Source: the human T2T-CHM13v2.0 reference genome, Homo sapiens
Assembly: GCF_009914755.1 (NCBI RefSeq)
Contig: NC_060934.1
Strand: one strand, 5' to 3'
Length of the DNA stretch: 64,000 bases
Numbering within the stretch: the first letter of the stretch is position 1; the number at the start of each line of letters is the position of its first letter. Positions 1 to 12,056 of the stretch are shown one piece after another. Made by a program: the position numbers and the translations under genes. The notes under the pieces are model-generated. The model did no database searches. It worked only from the letters and a program-made list of their open reading frames with translations, and was not told the origin of the DNA.

Positions 1-842
1 AGATTCAGCCAGTGATCTTAAATATCATTTTTATGCTTTAATTTTTTACGCCTACAATTTTTGTTGAAATAACACCATTTTGTGCCTCTGCCTGACAGTT
101 TGCCCCAACCCATCATCTGCCAGATGCACAAATTTAGAAAGAAATGCTAGAAAGCTAGCCCCCTTCTCTTCAAAGATAATTAAGTATGAATTATTCAGAA
201 ATCCCATATTACTGAGCAGTATTTGGGAGGCAATTTTGCTCAGCCCCTATTTTTCCTCATGGTACCAAACAAAACTCAATCTTCTACAGGATATGTTATT
301 TCATCTGTTCTTAACTTTCAAACTGTCTTAATTGAAAGGCAAATCAAAATTGTTTTTTTATTTTCGTGGAAGAAAATCATATATCTTCATCAGATACTAG
401 TTTCTATGTTATTGTGCTTAGATGAGCAGAGGGAATAAACAACAGTTTTAGTAACAGCAGTTCTTCACATGGCATTTGGGCAGCAATCTGGATCCTTTTT
501 CTGACAGTTAAGTCAGGGACCTGAGTTGGAAATAAGTGTTGAAACTTTATTTATTTTGCACATCTTGGGGGAATATCCCTGTAAAATTAAAAATACTATT
601 GGCACCAGGTGCATGCTCAGAATGTAAGTGGTGCTGTTAATTTACTCTAATTAATTAATTACAGTAATGCCTCGGTCTACAGGGAATTTCCCTAGAAAGA
701 GATATGGAATGGTAAAAATTCCTCCAAAGCTGCTTCATCACTCACACTGGAGGAAGTTCACCTTAGAATGGCTGTTCTAGGTAGTCTAGAGCAATGGGGG
801 AAGGAGGACATCACAAGAAACCCCCAGGAGGAGCTGGTATTC

Positions 843-990
843 CAGCGGTTCTCAGAATCTGTCAGAACACCAGGAGGGTTTGTTAAAACCTACAGTGCCA
901 GGCCCTGCCCCCAGAGCTTCTGGTTCCATTCTAACAGGTTCCTAGGTGACACTACTACTGCTGGTCCAGGCACCACATTTTAAGAAGTGC
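843..990. mobile_element. MER5A-like hAT-Charlie MITE
   Basis: Starts CAGCGGTTCTCA; contains 'ggagggtttgttaaaa...ccccagagcttctg...tctaacaggttcctaggtga', resembling the MER5A consensus. Confidence 0.7.
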
Positions 991-1019
991 GGTCCTAGAC
1001 AATTAGCCCACAGAGTAGG

Positions 1020-1225
1020 GGGCAGACTGGGCTCTGGAATCGGGCAGACTGGGCTCTGGAATCAGCCAGACCAGCTAAGTGTGAAACCCCGTGGAGGTAC
1101 CTTAAGCACTCAAGGAGACAGGCTGCTCATCTGCAAATGGGGATAAGAGCAAGTCTGTGGAGCTGAGAAGTGCTGCTGTGAAAAGGACTACAGAGTCTGA
1201 CACAGTGTGTGATGCTTAGCAGGCT
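1020..1225 (+). mobile_element. MIR SINE remnant
   Basis: 'gggctctggaatcagccagacc...ctcatctgcaaatggggataa' MIR core. Confidence 0.65.
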
Positions 1226-1429
1226 CCAGACAGATGTGACTGGCATCAGCAGCAGGCACAAAACTCCATCTTCTCTATGCACTCAGGCAAAATCTTCATC
1301 CATGTAAAACAAGGAAAGGATACAAATGTGCCCTGAATGTTCTTTCTGTGCCTCTTTGGGTCCACTTTTCTTTCAAAAGCTCTGTTTAAAAGTAAAGACT
1401 GGCACCCTATGCAGGACAAAATACAACAT

Positions 1430-1700
1430 AGAATAATAATGACAGTAACTGACAGCTAAGGAGCACTTCTGAGATGCCAGGTGTGTCATACCATGAGACT
1501 TACCATGTTGACATTTAAACTTCATAACAACCATATAAGATAAAAAGCATCATCATTCCTAGAACAGGGTGACTGAGGGGAAGCTGAGTCTCAAATAGGG
1601 TAACTTGCCCGGCATCAACCCAGCAGTGAGTGGTAGAACTGGGATTCAAACTGAGATTGGTGTAACTCCAGAAATCCGGTGCTAGCCATTCTGCTGTGGG
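1430..1700 (-). mobile_element. MIR SINE remnant
   Basis: 'cataacaaccatataag...taacttgcccggcatc...agaactgggattcaaac' is the reverse complement of the MIR core. Confidence 0.65.
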
Positions 1701-2632
1701 CTTACTTAGGAGGTGACAAGGATGGTATTTTGCATTTGCTTAGTGCTTTCCAGCTTCCACAATACGCTCATCTCTATCACCATGACTGTGCTCTTACCAC
1801 CCTAAAGAAGAGAAACTAGGTAAGCATTACTCTGTCCGCTTTACAGACTCAGGGAGATAATAAGTAGCACAACTGTGACTCAGCTACAGATTCTGAGGCT
1901 CGCTGCACTATCTTTTCATTACCTCGAGACCAGCCTCGCTGGCATGATTAAATTTGAATCTGCCTTCTCAGGAAGGAGCAGCCAACTGGCCATGAGCGTA
2001 GGCAGTAAATGCTGGTCCCTGTTTTCATGCAGTGAAAGACTGGAGATTCAGCATTAGCAGTGGAGTACATGGGAAATAACAGCCACTGGGTTTGATTTCT
2101 GACTTACACGACTTACTTGCTGCGTACCCGTGAACAAATCATTTAACATCTCTGAGTAACCTTATAAAAGCCTCAGCAGCTTTATGAGTATCCGTGGGAG
2201 TAACAAAAGATGGAAGAGGAAAATAAATGTCAGAAAAGAGAATGAGATTAAACCCCATTAACCCTCCACCCCACTCATACCAGTTCAAGGATTTACTCAC
2301 ACCTATTAGAACAGAGGGCGGTATTCTCTAATCCCACACACCAGAGGTAGATTAAAAAGTGACACAGCTTGGAAATAGGAATAGTTATTAAGAGAAAGGA
2401 CAGAAATTTTATACTGGCACTCTGATATGGGGCTTTACATAAATTTGCATATTTAATTTTATCCTTCTTATAGCACCTTAGGAGCAATAGGAATGTTTCT
2501 GTTTTACAGGTCAGCTTAGAGAAGTCCAGTTACCCAGCAGGACATATGCAGAGCTGTTCACTTCCTACAGCCTTTTTCCATGAGAAACCCCATTAAGGTT
2601 AGGACACAAATGAGCCTGGCACCCATTCCTAC

Positions 2633-2828
2633 CAGTGATGTGTGTAGCAGGCTCCCTGCTCATTATCTACATCTCTTCCAAATTCCATGTTGCATAAGAT
2701 CACCTTGAGAGCTTGAAACCATCCAAGTGAGAGTATTTACACTAGAGAAATCAGCAGATGCTACAAAGGAGGGCTTCCTCTCCCCTCTTTCCTTCCCCAC
2801 CCCTAGCCAGTTTATCAACACACGACTG
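2633..2828. mobile_element. MER63-like hAT MITE
   Basis: Termini CAGTGATGTG...CACACGACTG; internal 'agcttgaaacc...gagtatttacac...gctacaaa...gccagtttatcaacacac' resembles MER63. Confidence 0.6.
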
Positions 2829-4280
2829 CTCCCATCCTCCCTCTTATATTTCTTTTCAGTTAAGGTTTGTCTCCTATCAGGCAATAGAGAGGTTGCAAGG
2901 GACCACAACACTTCCTAAAATTTCTGGGAAGAAAACCAAAGTTGCCTTGATCAAATATTGTGTTGACTTCAAGAAAGACTTTGTTCCTTTCCCTTCTTTA
3001 CCCAGTGGATGGTGTTCATCATCCCCAGTGCGCAAGCAGAGCATGAGTGTTCTGGATACATGGTTCCATTTGTTCAGTTTGACCTCTTCAGATTCCACAA
3101 TGAGAGCGGAATTATAGCCTTAGGACCAAATAAAGTGAGTCCATGAAAACGTCAAGCAGCAAAAACAAATAAAGGAATCTTCACTTACATCTCCAGGATA
3201 TTACTTTCCAGGGGTTGGAAAGAGCCCTCCTCCCTGGGCTCATGAAAACAAAGGGATCTTGTCAATATTGATCCTGAAAGGCTTTACGTTTCCTTCTGTG
3301 GTCTGAAGCAGAAAAATTCCTGGGAGGTCTATCCCTCTCTGTCTCCTTAGGATTCCATTTCCCTCTCAGTAGGATGATTAAACTAATCAAAAGAGGCCTT
3401 TACTTTCTCTTGCCTTTAAATTGTCCTTCATACTCCACATACTGCCTGGGGCTCATTAGGGGCTTCCTGTCTGATGCTTCTTTCTCAGCCCTTCACAGAT
3501 ATTGGGATACAAGAAATGCTGCTAATACTCTCTTTTGCATTCCATAAGAGCGAAAAATAACTTTTGTTTGTGTTTCTTTTCACAAAAATATAAACATAGG
3601 AGTTTAAAAACAAAAATCTGCCTCTTGTCTACGTTCAGGTAGAAAGCATCTTATTCTAGTAGATATTTCTATATTTTTATTCCTCTCCTGTTATTCTTTT
3701 CAGGGATTACTTGATATTTCTACTCACTAATAAGCTCTAGACTCACTTTGTGGTCTTAAAATTCTACTCTCCTGCTGGAGAGAGAACCGGTTTATAGCTC
3801 AGTGTCAGACTGGCCCAGTTGGCTGCATCTCCAAGAAGTAGAGAAGAAACCTGAAAATAAGACTGAGCCTAAGGAACAAAAGCCACCCAGAATCTCAGAG
3901 CTCCTGGGAGAAGACTAGAGCTCTTCAACCATGTCATGAACCCACACCTAAAAAAGGAGCTTAACTACTTCCTTTTTTAGTAAAACATAAATAAGAGAGA
4001 TTCACTTAGGAAATAGAACCTGACTTTAATTCCCTAGTCTAATCTGTCAATGAAAGTTTGCTTTTTATTGTGGAAATAAACTTTTTTTTTGGATGGGAGT
4101 GCATATTTATCTCATCAACATAGAAGTTAGGAGAACATAGAAGATAAAGTTAAAAATGAGAAGAAATTAGCCCTCAAAAACCAAATAAAAAAAAAAAACA
4201 GAATCATTGAGGATGGAGCCCAGGCATCTTGCCAACTTGCACCATTTTTTAATGGTACGATTTTTTAAGTTTACCAACTC

Positions 4281-4616
4281 TATCAGTCAGGGTTTTCCAG
4301 AGAAGCAGAACTGCATCCATCCATCCATCCACCCATCCATCCATCCATCCAACCATCCATCTATATATCTATCTATCGAGAGAAATTTTAAGGAATTGGC
4401 TCATGTGATTGTGGGTGCTGGCAAGTCTGAAATCTGCAGAGTAGGCTGGCAGGCTGCAAATTCAGGTAAGAGTTAATGCTGCAGTCTTGAGTCCAAAATC
4501 TAAAGGGCAGGTCAGCAGGCTGCAAATTCAGGCAGGATTTCTATGTTACAATCCAGAAGCAGAATTCCTTCTTCTCCAAGAAGCCTTGGTTTTCTGCTCC
4601 TAAGGCTTTCAGCTGA
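4281..4616 (-). mobile_element. MLT2 (ERVL) LTR fragment with internal (CCAT)n microsatellite
   Basis: 'agtcagggttttccagagaagcagaac...aaggaattggctcatgtgattgtgggtgctggcaagtctgaaatctgcag'. Confidence 0.8.
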
Positions 4617-5841
4617 AGTCCTTTATCTTCCCCACAGTGATTGCCTCTGACCATTTGTACACCCTGGAATCCTCCATCCATCCTCACTGACTTCAGAAAA
4701 GCTTACATCCTATCTTATTGAGCAGATGGAGGCAAAAAACAGAGAGCTGTTTCCACTCCTAACATTTTCAATATCTATCAGTGTGAGCCATTTATTGGGT
4801 GTTCTACATTACAATTATGTCCAGAGAAGGAATTGGATGGGGTACTGTTCCTGCTGCTGTGATCATGGTGTTCCCAATCAGTTACCCCAGTCAAGTCAGC
4901 CACCTCTTCTCATCTATGGATATGTTGCCAGAGAGGGGTATGGACTGTCTCCACTTTATGGAGTTAAACCACATATGGTTTAGCAATATGTGAATCATAG
5001 TTTCCCAAATAAGTGATTCCAGAGAAAGGTTTTTCACAAATCCAAATTTATAGTTCCTAGTGGATTGAGAACTATCATTCTAAATAGTCTCTGAACCTCA
5101 GTCATTCATTCTCATCTAGAAAGATGCTGCTGAATCTCCCAATTTGGGGTGGCAGGAAATGTCTTGGATTGTCTGTCATTATAACTATGGCAATAGATGC
5201 AATAGAAAAAGAATCAAAGCTTTAAATAGATGCACATGAAAAAATAACTATAAGGGAATACTACAAACAAGTCTTCATAAATTTTATAACATAGACAAAA
5301 TGGTTTGAATTTGTCAAAAAACACAAACTACCACCACCTACTCAACTTGAAATGAATAATTTCATTATTCCTAAAACTATTTTTAAAAACCTTGGATTCA
5401 TAATTTAAAAACTCCCAAAAAGACACCTCTAAAACCAGATGGTTTTGCTGGAGAATACTATCCAACATTAAAGAAAAATTAACACTAAATCTACACTATT
5501 TCTTTCAGATAACAAGAGGATGGAATACTTCCCAGTTCATTTTTTAAAGCTAGTATTACCCTGACACCAAAAACAGGTAAAGATAGCATAAGAGCATGAA
5601 AAGAGAAAACTACAAATATTTTTCATAAACATAGATTAAAAAATTCATAACAAAATATTAGCAAATAAAATCTACCAGTATCTATAAAGAAGTATACACT
5701 TTGACCAAGTTGGAAGTATTTCAGGCATGCAATATCCAACAATCAATCAGTGTAATTCACCATATTAACAGACTATGGGAAAAAAATCATATGATCACAT
5801 CAATTTATGTAGAAAAATATTTAATAAAATTTAATACCCCT

Positions 5842-6432
5842 TTTATTAGTCTGTTCTCACACGGCTAATAATGACATACCCAAGACTGGGTAACGTACAA
5901 ATAAAAAGAGGTTTAATGGACCACAGTTCCATGTGATTGGGGAAGCCTCACAATCATGGCGGAATGTGAAATGCACGTCTTACATTGCAGCAAGCAAGAG
6001 AGAAAATGAGAACTAAGTGAAAGGGATTTCCCCTTATAAAACCATCAGATGTCGTGAGACTTATTCAATACCATGAGAACAGTATGGGAGAAACTGCCCT
6101 CATGATTCAGTTATCTCCCACCAGGTCCCTCCCACAACATGTGGGAATTACAGAAGCTACAATTCAAGATGAGATTTGGGTGGGGACACAGCCAAACCAT
6201 ATCAGATGGGGAATGAGAAATTGCCTTGAGTATAAGTGCAGACTCTTATTGTGGGACCCTACCATACTTATTCAATACCCCACCATACTTATTCAATATC
6301 ATGAGAACAGTATGGGAGAAACTGCACCCATGATTCAATTATCTCCCACCAGGTCCCTCCTACAACATGTGGGTATTATGGGAACTACAATTCAAGATGA
6401 TATTTGGATGGGGACACAGCCAAACCATATTA
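5842..6432 (-). mobile_element. THE1B/C (MaLR) solo LTR with partial duplication
   Basis: 'ttattagtctgttctcac...gagatttgggtggggacacagccaaaccatatca' ends at 6203; a second copy of the terminal ~145 bp ends at 6432; 5-bp TSD CCCCT at 5837-5841 and 6433-6437. Confidence 0.9.
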
Positions 6433-6474
6433 CCCCTTCATCATAAAAACTCTTAGAAAAATGGCAATAAAGGG

Positions 6475-7071
6475 TATGATATAACTCTATGTATATATTG
6501 GTTTTCATCAATGGTTCCTGGCTTATAACTCCCACAACACTTGTTACAGTTTTTTGTTATAATATTGGAGAACTTTAGGCCTCAGAAGCAGGTCTCAGGA
6601 AACAAAGTCTCCCCTTCTCTGACCTTATTCTGCCCTCCTTTCACTTGCTTTGGATAGGGGAACACACGGTGGTATCGGGAGGGTGGTGTATCCAAGGAGG
6701 GATGGAAGCTCCACGTCCCTTCCCCATTCCTCACACCATGTGCATCCCTTCATCTGCATCTTTTGTAATATTCTTTATAATGAACCAGTCAATGTAAGTG
6801 TTTCACTCAGTTCTGTGAGCCAGAACTCCAGCAAATTAATCAAACCAAAAGCAGGGGTCATGGGAACCCAAATTTGAAGCCAGCTGGTCAGAAGTTCCAA
6901 AGGCCTGAGACTGAGGCCTCAAAAGGGGAGGGGTGGCAATCTTAGGGACCAGGCCTTTAACCTGTGGGATCCAATACTATCTCCAGGTAGATAGCATCAG
7001 AATTGAATTGCAGGACACTCAGTTGGTCTCTGCTACAGAATTTTCGTCTATTCTAGAGTTTTTCCCAAACA
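6475..7071 (+). mobile_element. MER21-family LTR
   Basis: 'ggttcctggcttataactccc', 'gcaaattaatcaaaccaaaagcaggggtcatgggaaccc', 'ccaggtagatagcatcagaattgaattg'; AAGGG on both flanks (6470-6474, 7073-7077). Confidence 0.8.
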
Positions 7072-7243
7072 GAAGGGATCTTCCTCCACTTGATAAAGAA
7101 CATGTACCAAAAAATTATAGCCATTATACTTAATGGTGAAAAACTAAATGCTTTTCAGCAAAGAAAGGATATCTGCTTCTACTATTCTTATTCAACATAG
7201 TGCTTGAAGTTCCATTCCATGCAATAAAACAACAAAACAAAAT

Positions 7244-7411
7244 AGAAGAGAAATTCTATTTCCTGAGACCTGCTTCTGAGGTGTAAAGCTCTCCCACAAA
7301 AGACTGCAGTAAGTGTTATGGGAGTTAGGGGCCAGGAATCATAGCTGAAAAATAATATATAAATAGTCACAATATCACACCCCTGTATTTCCATTTTGGT
7401 AAGAGTTTTTA
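7244..7411 (-). repeat. Inverted copy of the MER21 5' end plus its upstream L1 flank (copy of 6444-6618)
   Basis: Reverse complement reads 'taaaaactcttaccaaaatggaaatacaggg-gtgtgatatt...cctcagaagcaggtctcaggaaa', collinear with 6444-6618. Confidence 0.8.
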
Positions 7412-7857
7412 TATACATAAAACTTTTTTATACACATAAAAATTTTATATAGATACAGATTAGACAGAAAAAAAATAAAAACTGGCCCTATTTGGTTGTA
7501 ACATAATTTTCTCCCTAGAAAGTCCCTAAAAACTAATAAGTGAGTTCAGCAAGATCAAGATCACAGGACGCAAGATAAACATACGAATATTGATTGTATT
7601 GCCATATGCTGGAAATGAACACATAAACACCATATTTTATATCAAAATCATTTAATTGCTCAAAAAAATGAAATAGGTGTAAATCTAACATAACATGTAC
7701 AGGACTTGTAGGCCAAAAGCTATACAACACTGATGATGACAGAAAAAAAAAATCAAAATCACTAAAGGGACATACTATGATTACAGCCTGAAAGACACAA
7801 CATGGTAAAAAATTCAATTCTTTTCAAATTGACTTACAGATTTAATTTCTGTCATAA

Positions 7858-8244
7858 TGGGACCAGAGTTGGTTCCTTCCAGTGGATTCATGGTCTCACT
7901 GACTTCAAGAATGGAGCTGCGGACCTTCACGGTGAATCTTATAGCTCTTAAAGATGGCACAGACCCAAAGAGTGAGCAGCAGCAAGATTTATTGTGAAGA
8001 GTGAAAGAACAAAGCTTCCATTGCGTGGAAGGGGACCCAAGTGGGTTGCCGCTGCTGATTGGGGTGGCCAGCTTTTATTTCCTTATTCATCCCCACCCAT
8101 GTCCTGCTGATTCGTCCATTTTACAGAGTGCTGATTGGTCCATTTTACAGAGTGCTGATTGGTCCATTTTACAAACCTCTTGTAATCAGAAAAGTTCTCC
8201 AAGTCCCCACTCGACCCAGGAAGTCCAGCTGGCTTCACCTCTCA
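7858..8244 (-). mobile_element. LTR12F-like (ERV9/ERV1) solo LTR
   Basis: TG...CA termini; 'gagtgagcagcagcaagatttattgtgaagag', 24-bp 'gctgattggtccattttacagagt' repeats, end 'ccagctggcttcacctctca'; 4-bp TSD ATAA at 7854-7857 and 8245-8248. Confidence 0.88.
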
Positions 8245-8467
8245 ATAATCCAAGCATAATTTTAGTACATGTAGATAAGATGGTTACAAAATTTATAAGG
8301 ACAAAGGAACTATAATGGCTAAAATAATTTTGAAAAAAGAATGTGGGAGGAAAAATGTCTACTCAATTCCAAGTCTTATTATATAGTTACATTAATCAAG
8401 ACTACATGGTATTGGCAGAGGACTAGACACATAGAGAATAAATAGACGCACACAAATATGACTGATT

Positions 8468-8503
<36 letters not shown>

Positions 8504-9784
8504 AGAAAGGTACAAAAATGTCCTCAGTAGAAGAAAGACAACCTTTTGGACAAATGCTGCTGGAGCAACTGGATACACACAGTCAAAAACAAAAAACTCA
8601 ACCTAAGTCAAAATGGATCATGAGCTTAAAGGTTTAAAAAAAAAAAGTCTTCAAGATCTAGGGCTAGATACAGAGTTCTTAGACTTGACACCAAAAGAAT
8701 GACCCAAAAAAGAACTAATAAATCAGGCTTCATCAAAACCAAATACTTTTGCCCCATGAAAGACCTTGTTAATGAGATAATGAAAAGATAAGCTATAGAG
8801 GGGGAGAAAATATTTGCTAATGGCATATCCTCCAAAGGACCAGTATCTAGAATATGTAAAGAATTCTCAGAATTCAACAATTAAATATCAAATAATCCAG
8901 TTACAAAGTGGGCAAAAGACAAGAAGAACCATTTCATTAAAAATATAAAATGGCAAGTAAGCACAAGAAAGACATTTGTTAGCCATTAGAGAAATGCAAA
9001 TTAAAATCACGAGCTATCACTACACACCTATCAGAATGGCTAAAATAAAAAATAGTGAAAACCACCAAAAGTTGGCAAGCATGAGGAAAAACTGAATCTC
9101 TCATACATTTCTGGTGGGAGTATTTGGCAGTATCTCATAATACTAAATTTGCAACTACTATAAGGCCCAGAAATCGTACTCCTGGGCTTTTATCCCACAG
9201 AAATGAAGATATGTTTACATAAAAAAACCTGTACATGAATGTTTGTAGCAGATTTATATGGTTAAAAATTAGAAACAACCTAATGTCTCTCAAATGGTGA
9301 ATGGTTAAATCATACTATGTGGTACATCTATACTATGGAATACTAGTCAGCAACAAAAAGCAAACAATTATTAATACTGGAAACCACATATATTATGCTG
9401 AATAAAAAAAGAAGCCAATCCACGAATGTTACATACCACATGATTCATTTATATAACATTTTTTAAATGTTAAAATTATAGAAATGGAAAATGCATTAAA
9501 CATTGACAGTGTAGGGTGCAGGAGGAAAGTGCAATGTGGATAAAAACGGGTGGCACGAGGGGCCCTTGGGTGATAGAGATGTTCAGCATGTTGATGGTAT
9601 CGTATGTCATATGTCATATGTCAAAATCCTGACTGTGATATTGAACTACAGTTTTGCAACATGTTACCATTGGGAAAACTGGGCAAAGGGTACAGGGGAT
9701 CTCTCAATGTTAATTTTAACAACCATCCAAATCTACAATTATCTCAAAATAAAAAGTTTAATTTTAAAAAGTTGGAAAAGAAAA

Positions 9785-11200
9785 TCAGGCTTCTGATCAA
9801 CATGGAACACCAGGGAACATGTTTAGCCTCTTTCCTGAACAACTAAAAACAGAATAGAGAAAATGAAAGAATATTAACAACTACAGATTTTAAAACATTG
9901 GACATTAGGCAATGACGAAAATGACTGCTGCATGAGAAAAATGATTACTGCATGAGGAGAATGAATGATGTGAGCTCCATGACGAAGAGAGAGTTGCCCT
10001 AGAATAGAGAGAGTTTCTGGGCCACAGAACAGAGAGGAAAGTCTGCTAGAGCTTGTGGTCTCCCTGAGTTTAGGAAATGGTACTGGAAGTCGGAGGTTTG
10101 GGGGAACTGAGGCAACTAGAGGTTACAGACTAAAGAAGAGGAAGCTGCAAAGACAGAGAACTCTAGAAACTTAAAAAAGGTTTATCCTTTAGTAACCAGC
10201 TGGCTACTTTACCAGTACATGAGCGTGAGAAGAAAGTAACCGAAGCTGAGAAAAGAACCACTCAAAATGAAGAGAGTAGTTCCTGTCCCCCCAGTTAAAA
10301 TGGAATGCCTCATAATTCATAAGGCATGAGCTAGAGTACTAAAAAGGATTGCCTTATTATTAGGAGAAAATCAGCTTAACAGCAAGACATGAGAGGATCA
10401 AACTGTTTTCTAGTAACTTACCTATGTCTTAAGAGAAATCTCAAAAACAGTCATATGGACAACAACAACAACAAAAAATACTCAGCATCCAAAAGGGAAA
10501 ATTTACAGTGCTTGGCACCCAATCAGTTTACTAGACCCGCAAAGAGGCAGGAAGATATGACCCACTATGGGGAGAAAAGTTAATCAATTAAAGCCTCATG
10601 AGGAAAAAAAAAACCAATCATTGGAAACTAACTAGAAATGACACCCATGATAGAATTCATAGACAAAAACAAAAAAGTTACTGTAACTGTATACCATATG
10701 TTTAAGATATCAGAGGAAAGGTTGGACATGATAAATGAAGAGATAAAAGATATAAAAAAGTCCTAAATTTGACTTCCAGAGATCAAAACTACAATGTCTG
10801 AGATTTAAAACATATACATATATGCTAGATGAAACTAAAGGTAGATTAGACATTACAGAAAAAAGATTATTGAACTTGAAAGCAAAACAATATTCCAAAA
10901 GTAATAAAAAGACAAAAAAGGTAAAAGAAATGAACATAGCATCAGTGAGTTGTGTAACATGTTCAAGTAGCCTAATATATGTGTAGCAACTGGAATCCCT
11001 AAAAGAATAAGACAGAAAACATGCCTCAAGAAATAATGACCTGAAAATGTCCAAATTTGATGAAAATTATAAACTCCACAGATTCAAGAATCTCAACAGA
11101 CGCCAAAACACAAGAAATGTGAAGAAAACTACACTAAAGCACGTTATAATGAAATTGTTTAAAGATAGTGATAGAGAAAAATACTTAACACAGCCAGAGC
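9785..11200 (+). mobile_element. Old L1M 5'UTR and ORF1 remnant
   Basis: 'cttctgatcaacatgg' start is similar to 56040; ORF1-like 'gtagattagacattacagaaaaaagattattgaacttgaa...ccacagattcaagaatctcaaca'. Confidence 0.7.
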
Positions 11201-11559
11201 CAAGGAAAATTATTTCTAGAGGAGGAATGGGACTAGTTCTCAGGGGCTGAAAGATATTGGAGCTGGAACTACCTGCTGTTGCTAGAGCTATACTAACAGC
11301 AAACGGAAGAAACGTGAAGTAAGTCCCTTCTCCCCTGCTCCCACCTTCCAACGTCCTTGTAAATTAGACTCCCTCTGATTGATAAACCCAAGGAAGTAAG
11401 GAGGGTGGAGAAATCCAGTTTTCAAAGTTCTAGCCTGGAACAACAGAGCAGAATATACAAGGATTAATTTGAAGTTGAGACAGTAGGTAAATACACAGCA
11501 GAGTTATGAAGAGATAATTTCTAAATGGAATTCCTAAGTGGAATGGTAAAGAAAAATGA

Positions 11560-12040
11560 TTAAAAAGTTATTTTATCTCATGAGTGGTCTATAAAATGCA
11601 AATTGAAATAAACAACAATACCATTTTTTTCACATCAACTTAGAACCATAAAGAGGAGTGATAGTATCCAGTACTGGATAGGGAGGGAGCAAATGGTCCT
11701 CTCTTAGATGGTTAATGCATGCGTAGGCTGCTCCAGTCCTTCGGAGATGTTTGCAGTATTTATCAAAGTTTAAAATAGGCAAACAGTTCAACTTAATATT
11801 TCTACTTTGGCTATTTTTAAGATTGGAAAACACTGGCCATGTGCACAAAATACTGGCCATGTATTGTTTGTAATAATAAAAAAATAGGAACAATAACAAT
11901 AGAAATCCTAAACACTCCCTTGCTGAAGAAGAATACAACTCCAAACCATTAACTTCACCTCAAACCATTAATAGTGATTACTTTGGGAGGGAAATAGGAT
12001 TGAGAGGGTAGAGTAGGGGGAAAGGAAGCTTTTGCTTCTT
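11560..12040 (+). mobile_element. L1ME-type 3' remnant
   Basis: 'aaatgcaaattgaaataaacaacaataccattttttcacatca...tttgcagtatttatcaaa'. Confidence 0.55.
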
Positions 12041-12056
12041 AATCTATGTACACATC

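Larger units (their letters stand above)
5230..9775 (+). mobile_element. Old L1M (L1MC-type) ORF2 and 3'UTR remnant, interrupted by THE1, MER21 and LTR12F
   Basis: Decayed ORF2 motifs ('tagtattaccctgacaccaaaa', 'aaaatattagcaaataaaatc', 'gaaatgcaaattaaaatc') resume across each insertion; L1MC-type 3' end 'gttaccattgggaaaactgggcaaagggtacagggg...tctcaaaataaaaagtt'. Confidence 0.85.

Noticed and set aside
3680-3710. Strong + strand acceptor (similar ones near 3350, 12830 and 62649)
   Set aside because: No convincing matching donor or coding frame; such motifs are frequent in AT-rich DNA
6054-6446. 130-aa ORF with an internal peptide repeat
   Set aside because: Translation of the duplicated THE1 LTR end
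8001-8315. ORF with SILQSADW repeats; repeat array superficially CRISPR-like
   Set aside because: 24-bp LTR12 CCAAT units with no unique spacers, in eukaryotic DNA
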